From assembly GCA_003219465.1 (NCBI GenBank), contig QHOX01000162.1, positions 4,500 to 68,499 of the forward strand: a stretch of DNA of 64,000 nt, written 5' to 3'. The position numbers and the translations under genes were made by a program. This document shows positions 14,976 to 21,906 of this stretch, one piece after another (within the stretch, counting starts at the first letter, position 1; each line of letters opens with the position of its first letter). The notes beneath the pieces are model-generated. The model searched no databases. It was given only the letters and a program-made list of their open reading frames with translations, and was not told the DNA's origin. This DNA comes from Verrucomicrobiota bacterium (GTDB lineage Bacteria > Verrucomicrobiota > Verrucomicrobiia > Chthoniobacterales > UBA10450).

Positions 14976-15381
14976 CTAGGCCGTTGAAGGTGTTACCGCC
15001 GTCGATTTTCGGCAGAAAATTCCGTCAACACTCCAGCGGCCGGGGCCATAGAACACAACGAACAAGAAGAACCAGCAATAAAAAACGGCTAGTTCGCCCT
15101 TGTTGGCAATTGGGAAAAAGCTGCGCGGCGCGTGAACCATGAAATAGGCCACCGCCATCGTGCCGCTCGAGATGAATGCAGCGAGCCGCGTAGCCAAAGG
15201 CAATCAAAAATCCGCCGACGAGACAAATCCAACCGCAAAGCTGAAGCAGCGGTGCATTGGAGCCCGGCATCCCGCCAAACATGCCGAAGAGTAACTGGCC
15301 GCCGTGGCTGGCGAAATTCAAGCCAACGATCAGACGCATGATGCAATAAACCGGGTCAGTAAACCGATTGAGAGAGTTCAT
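14976..15381 (-). pseudogene. DoxX family membrane protein, single frameshift
   Basis: ORF 15025..15381 starts DoxX-like (MRLIVGLNFASHGGQLLFGMFGG..VGGFLIAFG) and then degenerates. ORF 14976..15203, in another frame, supplies LATRLAAFISSGTMAVAYFMVHAP..GPGRWSVDG. The junction lies at about 15185..15205. Confidence 0.65.
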
Positions 15382-15524
15382 GGCCGTTCAGGCTGAACGA
15401 TTTCGAGCCCGCATGTCAAGCTTGTAGCAGCATTAGCAGGTGGAACGCGTTGTCCTCAACGCGTTGGCAAGGAATGCGGCTTCGCCGACTCCTCTTGCCA
15501 TCGTCTTCGGAGAAGCCGATCCAC

Positions 15525-16367
15525 CTATGCTGCTTTTCTGCTGGAGTGTGTTTTTCTTCCGCGCGATTTGCCTTTCGCTTTTCGTTTTCCGCCGGTCTCC
15601 TCCAGGCTTTTCTGCAAAACGGAAACCAGATCGATTACCTTCGTCGGTTTCGGTGCTTTCCGAGGCTTCTCTTCAATTTCTTTTCCGCCGGCTTCCACTT
15701 TTTCTTCGATCACTTCCATCAGCGCTTCGCGGTAATCGTCCTTGTATTTTTCAGGCTGCCATTTCGACGTCATGCTGCCGATAAGTGATTTGGCCATGTT
15801 CATTTCCCGTTTGCCGGCTTCCATTCTCCTGGGGACATGAAGCTTCTCAGGGTCCGCGAGTTCATCGGCGAAGTGCATCAGCTCTAAGACAAGTGCCCCG
15901 TCCTCCGGCTTAACTTCCGCCAGATATTGGCGCGTTTTGATGACGACCTTGGCGATGCCGACCTTGTGAGTCTCCTTTAACGCATCCCGCAGAAGCGCGT
16001 ACGCTTTGTCTCCGCCTTTCTGCGGCTCCAGATAGTAGGGTTTATAGAAGTACATCGGATCAATCTCTTCCTGATCGACGAAGTCCTGGATGTCGACAGT
16101 CTGAGTGGCTTCGAGATCAACCCGCTGAAAATCTTCATCCCTGAGGACGACGTATTTGGCCTTCCCGTACTCGTAACCCTTGACGATCTGGTCCCACGGA
16201 ACTTCACTGCCGTCCTTCTCGGCAACGCGTTTGTAATTCACGGGACTGAGATCGCTCTTGCGCAGCAGACGAAACTTCAGCTCCTCCCGCCGCGTAGCGG
16301 GATAGAGAGCAATCGGGATATTAACAAGCCCGAAGCTGATGCTGCCCTTCCAGATTGCGCGTGCCAT
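15525..16367 (-). CDS. ku: non-homologous end-joining protein Ku
   Basis: MARAIWKGSISFGLVNIPIALYPATRREELKFRLL.. and a basic Lys-rich C-terminal tail. 280 aa. Confidence 0.9.
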   Translation of the reverse strand: MARAIWKGSISFGLVNIPIALYPATRREELKFRLLRKSDLSPVNYKRVAEKDGSEVPWDQIVKGYEYGKAKYVVLRDEDFQRVDLEATQTVDIQDFVDQEEIDPMYFYKPYYLEPQKGGDKAYALLRDALKETHKVGIAKVVIKTRQYLAEVKPEDGALVLELMHFADELADPEKLHVPRRMEAGKREMNMAKSLIGSMTSKWQPEKYKDDYREALMEVIEEKVEAGGKEIEEKPRKAPKPTKVIDLVSVLQKSLEETGGKRKAKGKSRGRKTHSSRKAA

Positions 16368-16415
16368 ACAAAACTAATTCGTGTCGCTAAAACGAAATGC
16401 GCGGGTAATAAAGCC

Positions 16416-16499
16416 GCTGTAGCGTCAGCTGTCCTCAGCGGATCTGGCACGCCCGAATGCGCGAACCTTCTCTGCGCTGAGGACAGCGCACGCTACAGC
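16416..16499. repeat. large inverted repeat (25-nt arms, 23/25 paired, 34-nt loop) between ispH stop and ku start
   Basis: GCTGTAGCGTcaGCTGTCCTCAGCG (16416..16440) pairs with CGCTGAGGACAGCgcACGCTACAGC (16475..16499). In minus sense it is followed by GGCTTTATTACC. Confidence 0.8.
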
Positions 16500-16511
16500 A
16501 ATGTGGTGCGG

Positions 16512-17750
16512 TCAGGCAGCCAGCTCGAGGTCGCGGCGCGAGATGCCGCGCAACTCAAAAAGCCGAATCAATGTTTCTTCGATCAAGTTGTTCGGACAAG
16601 ATGCGCCGGCGGTGATGCCAATTGCAGCGGGCCCGTTCGGCAACCAAAAGTGTGAGACTACTTCGCGTTTTTCGTGCAAGTTGTAATGCTTGATTTCCGT
16701 TGCGGAAACGAGCCGCGAAGCGTTCAGAACGAAATAAGTCGGAAGCTTTTCTTCGCCCATCTCCGCGAGATGCGATGTGTTCGAGCTGTTGTAGCCGCCA
16801 ACGACCAGCAGCAGGTGCATGGGAACGTTCAGTAATTCGCGCAACGCATCCTGCCGCTCCTGTGTTGCGCCGCAGATCGTATCGAAGAAACGGAAGTTTT
16901 GCTGCGCAAGCTCCTGTCCGTCGCGATCAATCACCGCCTGGCGAATTCGCCGTTGTACTTCCTCAGTCTCGCCGCGCAACATCGTCGTTTGATTCGCTAC
17001 GCCCACGGTTTGCAGGTGCACGTCGGGATCAAACCCAGGCGAATGTGCGCCCTTGAATTTCTCGAGGAACGCCTGCTTGTCGCCCCCGTGTCGGATGTAA
17101 TCGCAAACGTAATCGGTGTCTGCGAGAGTGAGGACGACGACGTAATGTCCGCTGCCGTCACCAAGCGCACGGGAGCTGGTGGCTTTGGTCTCTTCATGCT
17201 CAGCCTTGCCATGAATAATCGACGTCACCGATTCGCTCGCGTATTTCCGCACCCGTTTCCAAACGCTCATCACGTCGCCGCACGTGGTGTCGACAATCTG
17301 GCAGCCACGGTCCTTAATCTGTTGCTGGATCGACAGTTCAGTTCCGAAGGCTGGCACGATGACGACATCGTCCGGGCCGAGATCGGTAATGTCGGCCTCC
17401 TTGTTTTTGCCAGTGAGATTCTTGATGCCTAACGAGGCGATCTGATGATTAACCTCCGGGTTATGAATGATTTCTCCCACAATGAACAGCCGGCGATCTT
17501 TGAAAACCTTGCGAGCAGCATAGGCCAGATCGATCGCGCGCTCCACGCCGTAACAGAAGCCAAACTGCTTGGCCAGGCGCACAGTGGTGTCTCCAACCGA
17601 AATGATTCCGCCGGCGCGCCGGATTTTTTCGATGATGTCGCTGCGATAGTGCGACTCGACCTGTTGCTGCACCGCCGCCATTACGTCGGGAGTACGCAAG
17701 TTCACTTTCTGGCGCGCAGTCGTGCCGCTCGAAATCAGGTTCGTGCTCAT
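16512..17750 (-). CDS. ispH: 4-hydroxy-3-methylbut-2-enyl diphosphate reductase (long form)
   Basis: VRLAKQFGFCYGVERAI, GEIIHNPEV, DTTCGDV, ICGATQERQ and VVGGYNSSNTSHL. Start moved to the ATG at 17750 because the ORF extension 17751..17861 is occupied by an interspersed repeat. Confidence 0.9.
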   Translation of the reverse strand: MSTNLISSGTTARQKVNLRTPDVMAAVQQQVESHYRSDIIEKIRRAGGIISVGDTTVRLAKQFGFCYGVERAIDLAYAARKVFKDRRLFIVGEIIHNPEVNHQIASLGIKNLTGKNKEADITDLGPDDVVIVPAFGTELSIQQQIKDRGCQIVDTTCGDVMSVWKRVRKYASESVTSIIHGKAEHEETKATSSRALGDGSGHYVVVLTLADTDYVCDYIRHGGDKQAFLEKFKGAHSPGFDPDVHLQTVGVANQTTMLRGETEEVQRRIRQAVIDRDGQELAQQNFRFFDTICGATQERQDALRELLNVPMHLLLVVGGYNSSNTSHLAEMGEEKLPTYFVLNASRLVSATEIKHYNLHEKREVVSHFWLPNGPAAIGITAGASCPNNLIEETLIRLFELRGISRRDLELAA

Positions 17751-17759
17751 GTTTGGATT

Positions 17760-17840
17760 GTCATTCTGATCGCAGCGAAGAATCTCGGATCTTTCGCTGG
17801 ACACCATCGACTCAGAGATGTTTCGCGTCGCCAACATGCC
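17760..17840. repeat. short interspersed palindromic element ('VILSEAKNL/ILRCAQNDN'-type)
   Basis: Left arm GTCATTCTGATCGCAGCGAAGAATCTC (17760..17786). Imperfect complementary right arm GAGATGTTTCGCGTCGCCAACATGCC (17815..17840). Related half-sites at 20337, 31876 and 54638. Confidence 0.65.
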
Positions 17841-17875
17841 ACAGTCGAGCGGTGGCGGCAACGCGCCGCGGCCCG

Positions 17876-18535
17876 CTATTGCAGCAGCGGCCCGCTCGGC
17901 TTTTCGAACGCCGCTTCCGTAACCATAATATGTGGGTCCGGATCAGGCGTGCGCGAGTCATCCACGCGCTGCACCTTCGGGCCAATCGTGGCATCTTCCG
18001 GTTGCGTTGTAGCGATGTTTACCGGAGTGCCGATCCGGACCAGCGCGAAAAATTTCGGCGCAGCTTCGCCGTGCAAACGGATACACCCATGAGTGCGCGG
18101 ATAGGGATGAACAAAGCCCTGATGAAAACCGTACGCTGGAGCAAACTCGCACCAGTACCCCATCGGGTAGCCGACGTAACGACCAGGTCCGCCGCCGGTG
18201 GAAGGAACGATGCGATCGCCTTGCACGCTGAACCCGTACGACCCCGAACGCTTATGCTCCTGTTTGGAATAAATTGTGAAATTGCCTTTCGGTGTCGGCT
18301 TGGCCGCGGTGCCAACCGAAATCGCGGCCGCCATCAAACAGCGGTCGCCTTCCATCACATAGACGTTCTGTTTGGACAGCGAAACGCGCACGCGCACAGC
18401 CGAAGGATCATTCGGCTTATACGCAGTCACGTGATAGGGGCCACCGCCAGCGACTTTTCCTGTCGCACAACCGCCAAGCAACAAGGCGAGACTTGCGCCG
18501 ACCGCTACTAAAATGAATCGAAAACTTTGTCGCAT
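17876..18535 (-). CDS. L,D-transpeptidase (YkuD) family lipoprotein
   Basis: Lipobox LLLGGCATG. Catalytic region YGFHQGFVHPYPRTHGCIRLH. Confidence 0.8.
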   Translation of the reverse strand: MRQSFRFILVAVGASLALLLGGCATGKVAGGGPYHVTAYKPNDPSAVRVRVSLSKQNVYVMEGDRCLMAAAISVGTAAKPTPKGNFTIYSKQEHKRSGSYGFSVQGDRIVPSTGGGPGRYVGYPMGYWCEFAPAYGFHQGFVHPYPRTHGCIRLHGEAAPKFFALVRIGTPVNIATTQPEDATIGPKVQRVDDSRTPDPDPHIMVTEAAFEKPSGPLLQ

Positions 18536-18635
18536 ACGCGGATACTGGATAAGATTGGGCGGCGTTTTGTCAACCTTCCGGCTGCTGACCTAGGTCAAAA
18601 GCTTTTTCTGGAAAAACACCGCAAACACGTGCAGA

Positions 18636-19607
18636 TCACACAATGAAGATCGCCAGGAACGCCACTTCGATTGCCAGGCTTTCGTGTACATTTCGACCGA
18701 GATGATCGCGCAATTCTTCGAGTAAACGGATCCGCCTCAAGATTTCGGCCGTGCTGAACCGGCTTGCGAGCGCGGCCGTTTCCTGTTTTGCGGCTGGCAA
18801 GTCCCTTTGTGCAACACCGTTGTTCGCGCGGAGAACGTCGGTCCACCAGGCAAACAACCTTTCGACCAGTGCGGCGCGGCGTTGCAGGTAAAGGCTTTCC
18901 GTCAGCGCCTTGTAGTATTCCTCTCGTTCTTCAAGCCAGGCACCGTCGGTTGCATCCTTGTAACGCGTTTGTTCCCGTTTTAACGCATCATCAGTTTCGC
19001 GCTTCACTTCCTCACGTACCATTCGGAGCAGTTGTTGAAATTCCTGAGCAAGTCGATAGGCGAACTGAATGGTCCAGGCCGTGTGGCGCGATGCTTGTTG
19101 CAGCAATTTCACAAGCTTCTCTTCCTCCTTCCTGCTCCGAACCTCGCCGTCTGACGCAAGTGGAATGGCGATGCACCGCGAGAGAATTGTTTCCGGCAGG
19201 GCCTCGGGCAGTGTGCTGAGGAGAAGCAACAGCGAATCCCTTGGCGGTTCCTCCAATGTTTTGAGAAATGCGTTTGCCGCCTCGCTTTGAAGCCGGTCGG
19301 CATCGGGAATGATCGCTACTTTGCGCCGGCCATTTGCAGATTGCATTTGCAATGCGTGCTCCAGTGCCCGGATTTGCGCAGTGACGATGCGCCGCGACTT
19401 CGATTCAGGCCGGGCAACGAAAATCTCACGCGCTTTGGATGAGAAAACATCTTTGGGCAGTGTGCCGTTAACTAAACTAGCCAGCTCCGCCGCGAGCGCT
19501 TCCTTGCCGCTGCCCGGAGGTCCCGTAAACAAATAAGCATGCGCAAGCCGGTTCTGTTCGTAGGCGCGTCGCAAAAACTCAAGTGCAGTCGTACGCGAGA
19601 GGGCCAT
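18636..19607 (-). CDS. holB: DNA polymerase III subunit delta'
   Basis: LAHAYLFTGPPGSGKEALA, VAIIPDADRLQSEAANAFLKTLEEPP and ILSRC. Immediately downstream of tmk. Confidence 0.85.
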   Translation of the reverse strand: MALSRTTALEFLRRAYEQNRLAHAYLFTGPPGSGKEALAAELASLVNGTLPKDVFSSKAREIFVARPESKSRRIVTAQIRALEHALQMQSANGRRKVAIIPDADRLQSEAANAFLKTLEEPPRDSLLLLLSTLPEALPETILSRCIAIPLASDGEVRSRKEEEKLVKLLQQASRHTAWTIQFAYRLAQEFQQLLRMVREEVKRETDDALKREQTRYKDATDGAWLEEREEYYKALTESLYLQRRAALVERLFAWWTDVLRANNGVAQRDLPAAKQETAALASRFSTAEILRRIRLLEELRDHLGRNVHESLAIEVAFLAIFIV

Positions 19608-19608
19608 T

Positions 19609-20262
19609 TCAATTGTTCGATGTCTTTGCCAGGACAGAGAAACGAGAGCAAAGCGTTTTCCAAATCTCCGTTTCGATCTCGTCTGGATCGCGCGAACCGT
19701 TGATTAAGACGATGCGCTTTGGCTCGTGGGCTGCAAGCTCGCGATAACCTTCGCGAACGCGCTCATAAAATTCGGTGGGCTGTTGTTCCATTCGATCAGC
19801 TTTGCGTGCCTCATGCTGCATTCGTGTCTCCGCCGTCGCACCATCGACGTCGAGCACAAAAGTAATGTCCGGGACACAATCGCCGACAGCAAACTCATTG
19901 AAGCGGTCGATCATCTCTCGATCCAGTCTGCGTGCCGCTCCTTGATAAACAGTGGTGGAATCAAAGAACCGGTCGGCGATCACGCACATGCCGCGTCCGA
20001 GCGCCGGCTTGATTATCTCGCGCACGAGCTGGCTGCGACTAGCCTCAAAAAGGAGCAGCTCGGTCTCGGGCGTCATCGTGGCGTTGTGCGGGGCAAACTG
20101 CAAAAGCTCGCGGATCGTCTCGCCGATCGGAGTGCCGCCCGGTTCGCGAGTCAGGATGTACGAAACACCGCACAGCTGAAGGCGCGCAGCGAGCCTTTCA
20201 GCCTGCGTGGATTTTCCGCTTCCTTCCGATCCTTCGAACGTGATGAACGGCAGCCGCGACAT
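19609..20262 (-). CDS. tmk: dTMP kinase
   Basis: FITFEGSEGSGKSTQAERLA, LTREPGGTPIGE and DRFFDSTTVYQG. Confidence 0.9.
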   Translation of the reverse strand: MSRLPFITFEGSEGSGKSTQAERLAARLQLCGVSYILTREPGGTPIGETIRELLQFAPHNATMTPETELLLFEASRSQLVREIIKPALGRGMCVIADRFFDSTTVYQGAARRLDREMIDRFNEFAVGDCVPDITFVLDVDGATAETRMQHEARKADRMEQQPTEFYERVREGYRELAAHEPKRIVLINGSRDPDEIETEIWKTLCSRFSVLAKTSNN

Positions 20263-20336
20263 GATGTCACTTGCGCGCAGTCGTTTCGTTTTTCAAGCTC
20301 CAAATCTGTTAGATTAAGTGAAGCGCTGCACGATCG

Positions 20337-20362
20337 TCATCCTGCGTGAAGTGCGGCGGGGC
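20337..20362. repeat. half-site of the interspersed repeat family (GTCATCCTGCGTGAAGTGCGG...GAAGGATCC)
   Basis: Sequence similarity to 17760, 31876 and 54638. Located in the tmk / EVE intergenic region. Confidence 0.5.
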
Positions 20363-20416
20363 CGAAGGATCCCGCGAAGAACTGAACGTAACGCTGGGGC
20401 TCCCCGATGTCGCTCG

Positions 20417-20448
20417 GAAGTGCGACGTATTGAGCGCAGTCGCACTTC
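20417..20448. repeat. perfect 10-bp inverted repeat GAAGTGCGAC-12nt-GTCGCACTTC
   Basis: Read directly. About 55 nt upstream of the EVE-domain gene start. Confidence 0.8.
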
Positions 20449-20501
20449 AATCTTGGCACTTGAGCTTTTTACGGATGTCGGGAGCTTGGGACTGGGAATT
20501 T

Positions 20502-20921
20502 ATGAAATCTTTCTGGCTGGTGAAACAGGAGCCGTCTTCCTATTCGTGGTCTGACTTTGTTGCCGAGGGCGAGACTAGCTGGACCGGCGTGCGCAATTTC
20601 GCTGCGCGAAATAACCTCCGCAAAATGCGACCGGGCGATGAAGTCCTCTTTTATCACAGCGGCGACGAAAAGGCTGTAGTCGGAATTGCTAAAGTGACGC
20701 GGACTGCCTATCCGGACCCAACGGCGAAAGAAGGCGATTGGTCCACCGTCCGCCTTGCAGCAGTTAAACCACTTGCGCGTCCGGTCACACTTCGGAAGAT
20801 CAAGGGCAACTTGCGGCTGAAAGGAATTCCGTTAGTTCGTCAATCGCGTTTATCGGTCATGCCTCTGGCCGAACCAGAGTTTCGGGAAATCGCAAATATG
20901 ACGGAGGGTAAAAATCATTGA
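20502..20921 (+). CDS. EVE domain-containing protein
   Basis: MKSFWLVKQEPSSYSWSDFVAEGETSWTGVRNFAARNNLRKMRPGDEVLFYHSG..VVGIAKV. Start at the ATG at 20502. Confidence 0.75.
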   Translation: MKSFWLVKQEPSSYSWSDFVAEGETSWTGVRNFAARNNLRKMRPGDEVLFYHSGDEKAVVGIAKVTRTAYPDPTAKEGDWSTVRLAAVKPLARPVTLRKIKGNLRLKGIPLVRQSRLSVMPLAEPEFREIANMTEGKNH

Positions 20922-21095
20922 ACACGGGGCGCGATGAGCATGGTGAAATATTCGGAACCCGAATAACATTGGGATACGATTAGTATCCGGCAACGCCTTG
21001 GATGGGGCCGGTCAGTGCATTGTTACGACGCTCGAGAATAGCGTCATTTGCCTTTTTGCCTTGTTCAAAGCTGCTCGAAGACAGAAAATTGCGAC

Positions 21096-21905
21096 ATGAG
21101 TACGATTGCGGCAACGGAGTTCCTTCCGCTAATTGCGACCGCCGGCGCCGCGGCGGATTCCGTAGTGGTCTCTCTCCACGACGTCGCTCCTTGCACTCAG
21201 CAAATCACACGCACGATCATTTCACAGTTGAGCGCGCATGGCGTGCGGGTTTGTTCACTTCTTGTAGTGCCGGATTATCACCACGAGGGGCTCTTCGGCA
21301 GACACCGGGAATTCGTCACATGGCTCCGAGCGTTGGAAGCAGACGGGCACGAAGTTGTGATTCACGGCTATTTTCACGAACGCGCGCCTCAGACAAAAGA
21401 AACTTTGCGCGACAAACTCATGACCAGATTTTATACCCAAAACGAAGGCGAGTTTTACGATTTAAGCTATGAGGAAGCTCTGCGGCGCATTACAACAGCA
21501 CGAGATGAGTTCCGTGCGCACGGACTTAAACCACGCGGTTTTATCGCGCCGGCATGGTTGCTGGGAAACGAAGCTGAGCGAGCCGTTCGCGATGCGGAAT
21601 TGGAATACACGACGCGCCTACGCACGGTATGCGATCTCCGCTCGGAATCCGTCTTTCCAGCGAGAACGCTCGTTTACAGTGTTCACAATAATTGGCGGCG
21701 CGCTCTCAGTCGCAGTTGGAACGCGGCATTGTTCCGTTTGTTGAAGACCAAGCCCCTGTTGCGGATAAGCATTCATCCGCCTGATTACTCGCAGGCGACA
21801 ATTTGGAAACAGATCCTCGGCTTCATTGCGGCAACAAAAAGTGCGCGGACCGCTACGACGTACAAGGATTGGATCGCTGAACAAAGGTTGAAGCGAGGCA
21901 TGTAA
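21096..21905 (+). CDS. DUF2334-type predicted polysaccharide deacetylase
   Basis: VVSLHDVAPCT.., LLVVPDYHHEG, VVIHGYFH and FIAPAWL. The pattern is recalled from DUF2334 proteins. ATG at 21096. Confidence 0.6.
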   Translation: MSTIAATEFLPLIATAGAAADSVVVSLHDVAPCTQQITRTIISQLSAHGVRVCSLLVVPDYHHEGLFGRHREFVTWLRALEADGHEVVIHGYFHERAPQTKETLRDKLMTRFYTQNEGEFYDLSYEEALRRITTARDEFRAHGLKPRGFIAPAWLLGNEAERAVRDAELEYTTRLRTVCDLRSESVFPARTLVYSVHNNWRRALSRSWNAALFRLLKTKPLLRISIHPPDYSQATIWKQILGFIAATKSARTATTYKDWIAEQRLKRGM

Positions 21906-21906
21906 G

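Noticed and set aside
17751-17861. N-terminal 37-codon extension of ispH in the ORF track
   Set aside because: The extension is made of the interspersed palindromic repeat (it translates as ..SERSEILRCDQNDN..). The ATG at 17750 gives a normal IspH N-terminus.
20452-20470. Sigma-54-like TTGGCAC box upstream of the EVE gene
   Set aside because: The GG to GC spacing (7 nt) does not fit the -24/-12 consensus (10 nt), and the -12 TTGC element is missing.
20949-20988. Two short hairpins after the EVE gene (TATTCGG-aac-CCGAATA and GGATAC-gatta-GTATCC) as a terminator
   Set aside because: The stems are short and A/T-rich, and neither is followed by a T-run. This is not enough evidence to call a terminator.
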